From Planctomycetota bacterium (GTDB lineage Bacteria > Planctomycetota > PLA2 > JAEUHO01): DNA of 64,000 nt. The position numbers were made by a program, and so were the translations under genes. This document shows, in pieces, positions 46,414-56,500 of the stretch; positions within the stretch are counted from its first letter, which is position 1; the number at the start of each line of letters is the position of its first letter. The stretch is taken from positions 128,001 to 192,000 of the forward strand of contig CBDCTJ010000001.1 in NCBI GenBank assembly GCA_965222115.1, written 5' to 3'. The notes beneath the pieces were generated by a model, which saw only the letters and a list, made by a program, of their open reading frames with translations, searched no databases and was not told where the DNA came from.

Positions 46414-48302
46414 CGAATGAATCCCCTTCGCTTGAGTGTGGAAAAGATCATGCCTGCGGCATCCTCCACCGAAATTTCGTGTATTGGTATGTCGACATCC
46501 GGCGACGTTGGTGGTTCATACGGTGCAGTAACCCCGGTAAAATTTTCGATCTCGCCAGAGCGAGCGCGCTCATACAACCCTTCGTCGTCACGCTGCTCAC
46601 ACACCTCCAGAGGAGCCGAACAGTAGATTTCGATAAACTTCGTGTCTCCGATCACCGTTCGTATATACGCGCGGTCGTCTGAGAACGGTGAAACGAATGA
46701 CGCTATGGCTATAACTCCGGCGTCGTTCAAGAGCTTTGCAATGCCGGCTGCGCGACGAAGGTTCTCTGTCCGATCATCTGCGGAGTAGCCAAGGTCTACA
46801 TTGACCGTCTCGCGCAGCGACGGTCCATTCACGACGAAGCACGTCTTTCCTGCCTCCACAAGTCTCTCTTCTAACGCATAGGCGACCGAGGCCTTGCCTG
46901 ATCTGGGTAGCCCAGTGATCCAGACTGTCACCGCACGCTGATTTAGCACCTCTTCGCGCCTAGCCGTAGAAACGCGCGACCGCGTCAGCTTAGACTGCTT
47001 GTAGGTGTCTTTGTCGTGAGTTGCGCGCGTACCAACAATCATGCCGCATGCCACCGTAGCGTTGGTCATCCTGTCAATCATGACGAATGAGCCAGTGCGA
47101 CGATTCTTCTTGTACGTATCATGCGCTATGGCTCGTGTACACGTTATCGACACTCGAGCGATTTCATTCAACGCGATTCCACTTCCCTGCATCCGATGAA
47201 GTGAATTTGGGTCAAGTCGATATCGTATCGACGACACGAATCCGGTGACCTTTTCGCTTGCAAGTCGTATCCAATACCCTCTTTCCTGATCTAACGAATC
47301 TGATGACATCCACACCACCATTGCGTCGAAATCGTGCGATAGCTTCGGCACATTTCCTGGGTGAACAATCATGTCACCACGACTCAAGTCGATTTGATCT
47401 TCTAGTTGCACTGTCACGGCCATAGGCGGGAACGCTTCTTGAAGATCCCCTTCATGAGTGCTAATCGACGCGATTCGAGTCCGCATCCTTGATGGCAATG
47501 CCATGACGTCGTCACCACGACGCAAAATGCCGGAGGCAAGAGAACCAGCGAAACCTCTAAAGCTGGAATTTGGGCGGAGCACATACTGCACCGGAAAACG
47601 TAGATCGATGAGGTTGCGGTCAGACGCCACGTGTACGCGTTCTAGATAGTCCAAGAGCGGACTTCCCTGGTACCACGGCATGCGGCTGCTTCGGCTTACG
47701 ACGTTGTCTCCTTGTAACGCAGACACCGGGATAAATTGAACGTCTGTAAACTCCAACTTCGCTGCAAAGTCCGAAAATTCGTGCCGAATCTGGTCATATA
47801 CACGCTCATCCCAATTCACAGTATCCATCTTGTTGATCGCCACAGCAACGTGGCGGATGCCAAGCAGCGAAACAACGAAACTGTGCCTTCGAGTCTGTTC
47901 TAGCACTCCAGCACTTGCGTCAATTAGAATGACAGCTAAGTCGCATGACGATGCTCCGGTTGCCATATTTCGAGTGTACTGGGCATGTCCAGGTGCGTCC
48001 GCAATGATAAATTTTCGTTTGGGCGTGCTGAAGTAGCGGTACGCCACGTCAATCGTTATTCCCTGTTCTCGTTCAGCGCTAAGCCCGTCAGTCAGCAGTG
48101 AGAGATCCAGCATGCGTTCGTCACCAACACTTCCTTTGGCGCTATCTCGTTCCAATGCACTAAGCTGGTCCTCATAAATGCCCTTGGAGTCATATAGGAG
48201 TCGCCCGATTAGCGTGCTCTTGCCATCATCAACGCTCCCGGCTGCCAGAAACCGGAGCAGGTCCTTGCGAGCATTAAGCTCGAGGTACTCGCGAAAATGC
48301 AC
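46410..48302 (-). CDS. cysNC: Sulfate adenylyltransferase subunit 1 fused to APS kinase domain
   Basis: GSVDDGKSTLIGRLL, EREQGITIDVAYRYF, DAPGH, NKMD; C-terminal CysC domain. GTG start overlaps the cysD TAG (TAGTG). Confidence 0.95.
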   Translation of the reverse strand: MHFREYLELNARKDLLRFLAAGSVDDGKSTLIGRLLYDSKGIYEDQLSALERDSAKGSVGDERMLDLSLLTDGLSAEREQGITIDVAYRYFSTPKRKFIIADAPGHAQYTRNMATGASSCDLAVILIDASAGVLEQTRRHSFVVSLLGIRHVAVAINKMDTVNWDERVYDQIRHEFSDFAAKLEFTDVQFIPVSALQGDNVVSRSSRMPWYQGSPLLDYLERVHVASDRNLIDLRFPVQYVLRPNSSFRGFAGSLASGILRRGDDVMALPSRMRTRIASISTHEGDLQEAFPPMAVTVQLEDQIDLSRGDMIVHPGNVPKLSHDFDAMVVWMSSDSLDQERGYWIRLASEKVTGFVSSIRYRLDPNSLHRMQGSGIALNEIARVSITCTRAIAHDTYKKNRRTGSFVMIDRMTNATVACGMIVGTRATHDKDTYKQSKLTRSRVSTARREEVLNQRAVTVWITGLPRSGKASVAYALEERLVEAGKTCFVVNGPSLRETVNVDLGYSADDRTENLRRAAGIAKLLNDAGVIAIASFVSPFSDDRAYIRTVIGDTKFIEIYCSAPLEVCEQRDDEGLYERARSGEIENFTGVTAPYEPPTSPDVDIPIHEISVEDAAGMIFSTLKRRGFIR

Positions 48303-49216
48303 TAGAAGTATCCCTCACGCTTCTTCTGCTCCATAGCACCAGACTCTTCATGGTCAATGACTCTTCCAGATCGCTCAGAGTGTGACGCTGAAATCATCTC
48401 TTCGACGATTTCTTCGACGGAAGTTGCACTGCTTTCGACTGCACCCGTCAATGGGTAGCAACCCAGCGTGCGGAACCTGACGCGGCGATGCTGCGGAGCT
48501 TCCCCCGCCTTGAGTCTCATGCGATCGTCATCCACCAAGATAAGATTTCCTCCACGTTCCACGACCGGTCTCTTAGCCGCAAAGTAGAGCGGCACTACAG
48601 GAATCTGCTCTGTATAGATGTAGAGCCACACGTCGAGCTCGGTCCAGTTTGAAAGTGGGAAGACTCGGATGCTCTCACCAGGCTTGACCTCTGTGTTGTA
48701 CAACTGCCAGAGCTCGGGTCGTTGATTCTTGGGATCCCATTGATGGAATCTGTCTCGAAAGGAAAAGATGCGTTCTTTGGCGCGGGACGTTTCCTCGTCG
48801 CGCCTAGCCCCGCCAAACGCAGCATCAAACCCGTGGGTACTAAGTGCCTGCTTCAGCGCCTCTGTCTTCATTACCCTCGTGTAGTTAGAGGAGCCATGGT
48901 CAAAAGGATTGATACCCTCACGAACACCATCCGTGTTCTTGTGGACAATTAGCTTCACGCCCAGGTGGTCACACGTCTTGTCACGGAAATCGATCATCTC
49001 CTTGAACTTCCATGTCGTATCAACATGAAGAAGTGGAAACGGTAGTGGCGCGGGATGAAACGCTTTCTGTGCCAACCGGAGCATGACAGAAGAGTCTTTC
49101 CCCACTGAATACATCAATACCGGATTGGAAAACTCCGCAGCGACCTCGCGCATGATGTAGATGCTCTCGGCCTCAAGCTGCTGCAGATGACTAAGTACAT
49201 ACTTGGTTACAGGCAT
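48302..49216 (-). CDS. cysD: Sulfate adenylyltransferase subunit 2
   Basis: [40 protein letters not shown]. Confidence 0.97.
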   Translation of the reverse strand: MPVTKYVLSHLQQLEAESIYIMREVAAEFSNPVLMYSVGKDSSVMLRLAQKAFHPAPLPFPLLHVDTTWKFKEMIDFRDKTCDHLGVKLIVHKNTDGVREGINPFDHGSSNYTRVMKTEALKQALSTHGFDAAFGGARRDEETSRAKERIFSFRDRFHQWDPKNQRPELWQLYNTEVKPGESIRVFPLSNWTELDVWLYIYTEQIPVVPLYFAAKRPVVERGGNLILVDDDRMRLKAGEAPQHRRVRFRTLGCYPLTGAVESSATSVEEIVEEMISASHSERSGRVIDHEESGAMEQKKREGYF

Positions 49217-49227
49217 CTTGACATCTA

Positions 49228-49842
49228 CTACTTAATTCGATCAATCGCGAGTTGAACGACGTCGTACAACTGCGACACGCATTCAGATACACTGTGCTTG
49301 GCGGTGTCTAACGCAAGCGCCGGTGACTTAGGTACTTCGTAGGGGGCCGACACGCCAGTGAACTCCTCGATTTCGCCGGTTCGTGCGAGAGAGTACAATC
49401 CCTTCGGGTCCCGCGCCTCACACTGTTCAACCGTAGCTCTCACGAAAACTTCAAGGAATCGTTTAGGCCCCGAAGCTTGTCGAGCTGCTTCTCTGCCTTT
49501 CGCGTAAGGAGAAATGCAGGCCACGAGCACGACTACGCCCGCATCCGCAAATAACGCCGCTACCTCCCCCAGTCGTCGAACATTCTCTTCTCGGTCCAGC
49601 GGTGAAAAGCCAAGATCACTATTCAGCCCGTGACGGACGTTGTCTCCATCGAGACGATACGTCAGGACGTTGCTCTGGTGCAGGCGCTCCTCCAGACCGT
49701 TCGCCAAGGTGGACTTTCCTGATCCCGACAATCCAGTAAGCCAAACCACGAGCCCAGCCTGGCTAAGCATAGTTTCGCGATTCTCTCGCTCAACGGAACC
49801 GGCCGACCACTCGACACGATTCCTCTTGTCAGATGTCGTCAT
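49228..49842 (-). CDS. cysC: Adenylyl-sulfate kinase
   Basis: [38 protein letters not shown]. Confidence 0.96.
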   Translation of the reverse strand: MTTSDKRNRVEWSAGSVERENRETMLSQAGLVVWLTGLSGSGKSTLANGLEERLHQSNVLTYRLDGDNVRHGLNSDLGFSPLDREENVRRLGEVAALFADAGVVVLVACISPYAKGREAARQASGPKRFLEVFVRATVEQCEARDPKGLYSLARTGEIEEFTGVSAPYEVPKSPALALDTAKHSVSECVSQLYDVVQLAIDRIK

Positions 49843-50232
49843 GCCGATCGCGCCCAATCTGTCCTCGAAGTCGCCAACTAGACATGGAATGTACTAGCTC
49901 CTGCTCAGCCTCTCATCCTTTGGCGCCACTTGAACTCTCGTCCAATTCGACTCCCCGCGCCTGGTATACGAGTCGAACGTCGCCACTGCAGCAATTTTCC
50001 GCCCCAAAAACGGGAAAGAACCACGAGCACAATGCCGCAACTCTGCGTCGGCCCTGCGCCGGGCTCCGTTTGAAATCTTCTCTACTACCTGATCCGATTC
50101 ACTCGCTGCGAGGTGCGTCCCTTCGAAATCGTCATCGTCGACGTGAACAGACCACGCCTACGGATCAATTTCTTAGTCCATCGCCCCTCGCTTCGGTATC
50201 GAATCACTCGCAACGAGCTTTCCAAACAAAAC

Positions 50233-51138
50233 TTAGCTCATCTTAAGCCAATTGGGGAGTAGTCGGCCGGTGACCTGCTCGAGCTTTCGCCGATCGGGTT
50301 CTAGCTTTTTGGCGATTGTCTTTGCCAATTCACGCGGAATTTCCTCGACACTGGCCCTTGCCATATTCGCCGCCTTGAGCCTTCTCCCTAAGTGGAGGCG
50401 ATCCCGTTTAAGCGCGCGCCGCAGCAATCTCGCAGAGGCTAGGACGATGGGACCAGGACGCTGAGTGATCCGAGCAATGGATTTGGAACGGCTACTTCGA
50501 GCAGCGTGAATCTTGGGGAACTCAGTACGGCCTCCATCCTGCAAGTCGAGGAAATTGAGAATCGCAAGGTATTCGCTCCGCGCGTCCGTGGTCCATCGGT
50601 CAAACCATACGATGTGGACCTGTTCGCGGGGAACATGGCGATACAAACGCTCAACTTGTTCGCCGAACGAGGCCACTGCGGCATAGTTTAGGAATGACGA
50701 CTCAAGGCATGTCTTTGGAATGTCTCTGCCAAACTTCCGTTCTTCCCACGCCACCCAGGCTTCGGCAAAAGAAGAATACACTTCGTTCTGTCCATAGAGT
50801 AACTCGTTGTGATAAGACGGCAAGAATGAGAGTGGTGGTCGAAGAAAAGCCAAGACTCTCGAGCTAGAATTGTGCTCGATGAGTCGTTGTACGGCGACAT
50901 CCGAGTATAGGTACATGACGGAGCACTCGCCCTCATACGCATATTTACTTGATTGGGGAAACAACTCTAGGTAAGAATCCCAGTCCCTGTACCAGCGAAA
51001 TCGGTCGTGGTCGAAGTTGAAGAAGTGAGGTTCTTTCGGTCCTGAAAAGAAGATTTCAGAATGGTCCGCTAGATATGTACGCCATGCGGTTGTTCCTGAC
51101 TTAGGAGCGCCCACGAGAAACAGGTTGGGCTTTCTCAT
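50233..51138 (-). CDS. Sulfotransferase (Sulfotransfer_1/3 type)
   Basis: PNLFLVGAPKSGTT PAPS loop, KEPHFF, LRPP...S. Confidence 0.88.
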   Translation of the reverse strand: MRKPNLFLVGAPKSGTTAWRTYLADHSEIFFSGPKEPHFFNFDHDRFRWYRDWDSYLELFPQSSKYAYEGECSVMYLYSDVAVQRLIEHNSSSRVLAFLRPPLSFLPSYHNELLYGQNEVYSSFAEAWVAWEERKFGRDIPKTCLESSFLNYAAVASFGEQVERLYRHVPREQVHIVWFDRWTTDARSEYLAILNFLDLQDGGRTEFPKIHAARSSRSKSIARITQRPGPIVLASARLLRRALKRDRLHLGRRLKAANMARASVEEIPRELAKTIAKKLEPDRRKLEQVTGRLLPNWLKMS

Positions 51139-51359
51139 CTTTGCCTCCTTCATCCGAAGTGCGGACGCCAAATCCAGAACCACGACCAAGAATATGTCGG
51201 TCTCACAAGTCCCGCCCAGCTTCTTGAGTCGGAATCTAGAGTTCTTGGCAACACCGCTCGTGATACTACAGTCTTGTCGGGAGTATAGTTGTTCACGCGG
51301 CGCTGTGAGGGGGCTCTTTGGTGCGCCCCGTCAATCAAACTAGCCGCACAGGCCCAGAA

Positions 51360-52658
51360 ATGAAGATGACCCACTCCACTACCATTCGCGTTGTGGCCAA
51401 TCTTGGCGCAAAGGTATTCGCGGTCCTGTGCCGACTGCTAACTGCAATTCTCCTGGGTCGGTGGCTAGGACCAGCGGGATACGGGCTCTATGCGATCGGC
51501 GTCAGTGTCTTGCGTATAGGAGCGATACCCGCGGGTGTTGGACAAGAAGGGCTCCTGGTGCGCGTAGTTTCGCTCGTCGGGACCGGTGAACCCGCCTATT
51601 CGCGCGCGCGTGAAATAGGCGCGCTGTGGGGAAGCGCCATGGGGATCGTCGTAACTTGCTCCACCGGAGTCGTTGTGGCTGGCTTGGCCGCAGTTTCTCT
51701 CAGCTCCGAACCGAGCCCAGGAGTCTACATAGCTGCGATTGCTGCAATCCCCTTGGTCTCTCTGTCCGCAGCTCAACAAGGACTACTACGGGGCCTGAAC
51801 CACGTAGTTCAGGCCGCGATTCCGCGCCTAGTCGTAGCGCCAGCGATAACTCTAATACTCATTCTTATAGTTCGGTCACAAAATCCCCAACCCATGCTGG
51901 GAGTGATCTGCGTGGGGATAGGCGGTCTCGCTTCTTGCTCATGCGCAGCCATACTTGTGATGCGAACAGGTCAAGTCCGTTCGCCCAGTATTGACAGACA
52001 AACATGGAAGCGACTTGTTCGAGAAGGCGCGCCTTTCATGGTCATTGCCGGACTTGGCGTGATTGCCAGACAAATCGACATTCTGTGTCTTGCGTCTATT
52101 CGAGGCGAGACAGAAACGGGGCTCTACAGTGCTGCCTCCAGGTTGTCCGCCTTACCAATATTCACCCTTGGCGCAATCAATGCAGTTATCTCGCCCAAGC
52201 TTGCTCGCTTGCACGAGAATGGCCAACAAGATCGACTGCAGAGGCTAGTGACAAAAGCCATGTGGGCTATCTCGGCATCCACAACACTTTCGACGATAGG
52301 CCTCCTACTATTCGCTCCATTTGTCTTCTCGCTATTTGGTGCCGGATTCGAGACATCGATGCCGATTCTGGTGGTCCTCGTAGCAGGTGCAGCGATCAAC
52401 AGTCTTTGCGGACCGTGTGGGACGCTAATGCTCATGGCGGGACATCAACGTGTAGTAACAAAGACGTTCACCTATACCTGCCTAGGAAACTTGGCCATGA
52501 ACTTGCTCCTGGTCCCAATCTACGGCGCAATTGGTGCGGCAATCGCTACGGGGGCGACTCAAGTTGCCTGGAACGTTGCACTTACCGCACTGTGTCGATC
52601 AAGATTAGGAATAGATCCGAGTCTTGCAGTACTCTTGAAACCACCCCGAACCGGTTAG
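51360..52658 (+). CDS. wzx: Polysaccharide flippase (Wzx/MOP family)
   Basis: LGRWLGPAGYGLY, GLYSAASRL, LNLLLVP-like MNLLLVPIYGAIGAAIAT; many TMs. Confidence 0.85.
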   Translation: MKMTHSTTIRVVANLGAKVFAVLCRLLTAILLGRWLGPAGYGLYAIGVSVLRIGAIPAGVGQEGLLVRVVSLVGTGEPAYSRAREIGALWGSAMGIVVTCSTGVVVAGLAAVSLSSEPSPGVYIAAIAAIPLVSLSAAQQGLLRGLNHVVQAAIPRLVVAPAITLILILIVRSQNPQPMLGVICVGIGGLASCSCAAILVMRTGQVRSPSIDRQTWKRLVREGAPFMVIAGLGVIARQIDILCLASIRGETETGLYSAASRLSALPIFTLGAINAVISPKLARLHENGQQDRLQRLVTKAMWAISASTTLSTIGLLLFAPFVFSLFGAGFETSMPILVVLVAGAAINSLCGPCGTLMLMAGHQRVVTKTFTYTCLGNLAMNLLLVPIYGAIGAAIATGATQVAWNVALTALCRSRLGIDPSLAVLLKPPRTG

Positions 52659-52853
52659 AAGCGTGTCCCGAGCAAGTCAAGAGAATGTGGAAGAATATTG
52701 CATGACTGGAATCCACGTTCGACAATCAAGGGTGACGGAGTTCATCACTCACCTTACTCGTCAAATTTTGCAAGGACCCAGACACGCGACAAAGGAGACC
52801 AATTGTGTACTCAGCGGACAGTAAGCTAGACGGGAAACTGAGACAGACACCAC

Positions 52854-52912
52854 TGAGTTGACCCGTCTTCGGTACAGGCTGGATCGATGTCCACGAAAAC
52901 GGGTCAACTCCA
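52854..52912. repeat. Imperfect inverted repeat with TG...CA ends (IS-end/MITE remnant or terminator)
   Basis: TGAGTTGACCCGTCTTCG ... CGAAAACGGGTCAACTCCA; 12-bp perfect core GAGTTGACCCGT/ACGGGTCAACTC. Confidence 0.55.
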
Positions 52913-52928
52913 CGATCTTGTAGTCGTC

Positions 52929-53810
52929 TCAGGCGGGAGATTGGTGCTCTCGCGCCAAGCGTGTCAAATACGCGCCATAAGGCGAATCTCCGAGTTCTGA
53001 CGCTAGGGCGCGCAGTTGTGCGCGATCGATGAGTCTCTGATCGAACGCAGTCTCTTCGAGACACCCCACCGCTAGTCCCTGTCTCCGCTCAATGACTTGT
53101 ATGAAATTGCCCGCCTGGAGCAACGCATCGTGAGTACCTGTGTCTAGCCAAGCAACACCGCGCCCAAGCCGACTGACATGCAGCGCGCCTCGTTCCAAGT
53201 AGACCTGATTGACATCGGTAATCTCAAGCTCTCCACGCGCGGATGGCGTGAGTTGGCGCGCAATCTCGACTACTTCTGAGTCGTAGAAATAGAGCCCGGT
53301 GATGGCCCAGGGAGATGTTGGACAATTGGGCTTCTCCTCAATCTTAGCGGCATGACCGGATTCGTCAAAGTCGACCACTCCGTAGCGCTCTGGATCATGG
53401 ACTCGGGAAGCGAATACTCGAGCGCCCTCATTGTGCTTGCCAGCCTGAGACAGTTGTGCACGCAGGCCTCCGCCATAGAACAAGTTGTCGCCAAGAACGA
53501 GGGCCACGCCCTGCCCCGCAAGAAACGACTCGCCCAATAGAAACGCTTGGGCGATTCCCTCGGGCCTGGGCTGCACTTTGTACTCAAATCGTATGCCTAA
53601 GCGCGACCCGTCCCCAAGCAGTCGCTCGAGTAGTGGTGTGTCGTGCGGTGTGCTGATGACAAGAATGTCTCGAATTCCGGCCATCATCAGGCAGTTGATT
53701 GGGTAGTAGATAAGTGGCTTGTTGTAGACCGGCAGCAACTGCTTACAGACCCCGTGTGTGACTGGCGCCAAACGAGTGCCTGCGCCTCCAGCAAGTACAA
53801 TACCTTTCAT
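52929..53810 (-). CDS. rmlA: Glucose-1-phosphate thymidylyltransferase
   Basis: GIVLAGGAGTRL, KQLLPVYNKP, LGDNLFYG, EEKP, SARGELEITD, WLDTGTH. Confidence 0.96.
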   Translation of the reverse strand: MKGIVLAGGAGTRLAPVTHGVCKQLLPVYNKPLIYYPINCLMMAGIRDILVISTPHDTPLLERLLGDGSRLGIRFEYKVQPRPEGIAQAFLLGESFLAGQGVALVLGDNLFYGGGLRAQLSQAGKHNEGARVFASRVHDPERYGVVDFDESGHAAKIEEKPNCPTSPWAITGLYFYDSEVVEIARQLTPSARGELEITDVNQVYLERGALHVSRLGRGVAWLDTGTHDALLQAGNFIQVIERRQGLAVGCLEETAFDQRLIDRAQLRALASELGDSPYGAYLTRLAREHQSPA

Positions 53811-53903
53811 TGACCCAAATGACTCCTGTCCTCAGTGCTGACCGGCGGAATGGTACCTGGGCAGCGTTGCGCGACAAACGACGGACGGGGAGAAGTAGAA
53901 ACC

Positions 53904-54935
53904 ATGAAGAACGACGTGGCGAATCTCAACTCTATTCTGGTTACCGGGTCTGCGGGCTTTATCGGCAACGCGGTAGTACGGAGGCTCTTAGCTCAGACGC
54001 CTGATTCGCGTGTGGTCTCATTGGATGCACTAACCTACGCCGGACACGAAGCAAATCTAACGGACCTTCCTCACGCCGAGCGTCACACCCTTGTTCGGGG
54101 CGACATTTCAGATGACAGCCACGTACGTGGCGTCTTCCAGAAGTACAGGCCGAGCGCCATCATCAACGTTGCCGCCGAAACACACGTGGATCAAAGTAAT
54201 GTGGACGCGCGGCCCTTCGCGCGCACCAATGTATTGGGCACCCAAGTGCTTCTTGAGCACGCACGGAGCGCCGGCATACCACTGGTTCACGTTTCGACTG
54301 ACGAGGTTTACGGAAGCCTGCCTGCTCCCGAGAAGGCCGTCCCAAGTACACCGCTCAACCCAACCAACCCTTACGCCGCTAGCAAAGCAGCGGGCGATTT
54401 GATGGCACTGTCGGCGTTCAAGACGCATGGTCAAGACGTTCGCATCACACGCTGCACGAATAACTTCGGACCCCGCCAAACGCCGGAGAAGTTGATTCCA
54501 CTCATGACGCTGCGGGCAATGGCGGGCGAAACGCTGCCCGTGTACGGCGATGGTCTTCAGGTACGTGACTGGATCCACGTTGACGATCACGCGGCGGGAA
54601 TCATCGCAGCGCTATTCGCGGGTCGAGCCGGACAGGTCTACCACTTCACGGCCGATGAGCCCCGCAACAACCTCGACGTTGTAGGCGCGATCATCAAACA
54701 TACGGGCGCAAAGCAGTCTCAAATTGTTCACGTTGAAGACCGCCCCGCTCATGACCGACGGTACGCAATTGAAGACGATGCCACGCGCTCAGAACTCGAC
54801 TGGTCACCGCACATCGGATTCGACCAGGGGTTGGCTGAAACAGTAGCTTGGTACAAAACGAACACTGAATGGTGTCAACTAGTTGGGTGCGATGACCCTC
54901 CAAAATTGTTGAAGCGTAACTGTGCCTCTGGCTAG
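53904..54935 (+). CDS. rmlB: dTDP-glucose 4,6-dehydratase
   Basis: TGSAGFIG, DALTYAG, AAETHVD, STDEVYG, PYAASK, PEKLIP, RDWIHV, DRPAHDRRY. Confidence 0.94.
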   Translation: MKNDVANLNSILVTGSAGFIGNAVVRRLLAQTPDSRVVSLDALTYAGHEANLTDLPHAERHTLVRGDISDDSHVRGVFQKYRPSAIINVAAETHVDQSNVDARPFARTNVLGTQVLLEHARSAGIPLVHVSTDEVYGSLPAPEKAVPSTPLNPTNPYAASKAAGDLMALSAFKTHGQDVRITRCTNNFGPRQTPEKLIPLMTLRAMAGETLPVYGDGLQVRDWIHVDDHAAGIIAALFAGRAGQVYHFTADEPRNNLDVVGAIIKHTGAKQSQIVHVEDRPAHDRRYAIEDDATRSELDWSPHIGFDQGLAETVAWYKTNTEWCQLVGCDDPPKLLKRNCASG

Positions 54936-55083
54936 CGTGCGTAGCGTATGGTCGCCTCCAAAGCGAAGAGGGGATTCACCGCCAACTTTGTCAACCCCAG
55001 ACTGCGTAAACATGACGAAACTCGGTATTCATCAATGTAGGCAGATCTACATACAACCATGCGTTAACGTCAAAAGTCCTCCT

Positions 55084-55869
55084 TCAAACCGGACTTCTTC
55101 TGCGCGCCCAAAGTATGACTGATCCGAGGCAAACGTAGTACCCCCATGTCGCGAGAACCGGTAGCTCGTTGCTCAAGATGAAAATCAGCGCAACAGCAGG
55201 AGTCACAACAACGTAATTGCCGAGCATAAAGCTCGGGCGCTTCCGTTCAGGGATAAACAGCCTGCCCTTGCCATCTTGGTAGGTCAGAAGGCGGGGAAAC
55301 GAAAATAGGAGCGCACCTACTGCGAGGACCGTTGGCTCACTCTGAGACGTGCCAGCTAGCAGTATTGGTACAGCGAATCTCATGACAGACAACTGAAAGA
55401 ACGAAGTCATCTTAAACTCTTCACGCGACAGCGCATTGTGCACAAGGATTGCAGCTGCGAGTAGTCCAAGTATGCCCCAGTAGCCGGGGGTCACAAGAGA
55501 GTCTAGACATATCGCAATGCCGACGACTGCCAAGAGCCGAATCAATGCAAACAGAAAATAGAAAGGTTTCTGATAGTCGATCTCTATGCGCCGCCTCGGC
55601 GTAGAGTCGTGGCGTAGGCCCCAAGTATCGTTGATTATATATCCAATTTCATAGACCGAAATGAACGCGGCATAGCCAGCGAAGTAGCGCCAAACCACCT
55701 CGTTCCAGCCCATGGAATCGTTTCCGGCGGTCAGAATGAGGCCAGGGATCCAAAGCGTGGCAGCATTGAAACCAAATCCCCGTGCTCCTCGCATCCGAGA
55801 GAAGAATGCATACAGGAAAGGAACTAGCAGGAGGTAGTGATTGTCTCTAGTAATGAATGACTTTGGCAT
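55084..55869 (-). CDS. Hypothetical integral membrane protein
   Basis: Several hydrophobic segments; YEIGYIINDT resembles a UbiA-like Y-x-x-N-D motif; overlaps the upstream HAD gene. Confidence 0.65.
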   Translation of the reverse strand: MPKSFITRDNHYLLLVPFLYAFFSRMRGARGFGFNAATLWIPGLILTAGNDSMGWNEVVWRYFAGYAAFISVYEIGYIINDTWGLRHDSTPRRRIEIDYQKPFYFLFALIRLLAVVGIAICLDSLVTPGYWGILGLLAAAILVHNALSREEFKMTSFFQLSVMRFAVPILLAGTSQSEPTVLAVGALLFSFPRLLTYQDGKGRLFIPERKRPSFMLGNYVVVTPAVALIFILSNELPVLATWGYYVCLGSVILWARRRSPV

Positions 55870-56500
55870 CCCAGCACCTCATCCACGGCTTCATTGCGCC
55901 CTTGACCACTAGCCAAGTTTCATCGGCAGCGCCTGCGAGATCACTATCACTGCGGTTATCAGTAATTACAGCAAGTGAGCGTCTTTCAGCAGTGACCGCA
56001 TGCAGGGCTGAGAGCTTTGATCCAGTTAGGTCTCGGGCGAGCCGGCCAGCGCAACGTTCGCCTTCAAATTCAAGAGTCGACGCAATCGCATCGATACCCA
56101 GTAGCTCGCCAACTGCATGTACAACAACATCGAGACTATTGGAAACCAGCATTGGGGACCATCCGCATGCCGTCGCTCGGGCCAGCCATGTACGTACGGG
56201 TTCGATTCGCCGTACCTCCTCAAGGTGTCGGGCGTAGTCTCGAGATGCCGAAACAAGCATCTGACGAGTTGTTCCGCGAAGACAGAGTATGTAGTTTTCA
56301 CGGAAGAGGTCGCGACGCAAGAGTCTACCAAGTGCAATCACACCATTTCTAGCGACGCTCCTCCTAAGTAGTTCGAGGACTCTGAAGCGCGCTCCAAGTG
56401 ATACACGTTTGCTGAGAAAGCGAACGAACCCTGCCGTGGTGTTCTCGTCGTAGAGCGTCCCACAAACATCGACGGCCAATATCTTCGTGGGCATGATCAT
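55847..56500 (-). CDS. HAD-superfamily hydrolase (SerB-like)
   Basis: AVDVCGTL (motif I), LVSNS (II), K, TDNRSD (IV). Confidence 0.8.
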   Translation of the reverse strand: MIMPTKILAVDVCGTLYDENTTAGFVRFLSKRVSLGARFRVLELLRRSVARNGVIALGRLLRRDLFRENYILCLRGTTRQMLVSASRDYARHLEEVRRIEPVRTWLARATACGWSPMLVSNSLDVVVHAVGELLGIDAIASTLEFEGERCAGRLARDLTGSKLSALHAVTAERRSLAVITDNRSDSDLAGAADETWLVVKGAMKPWMRCWDAKVIHY

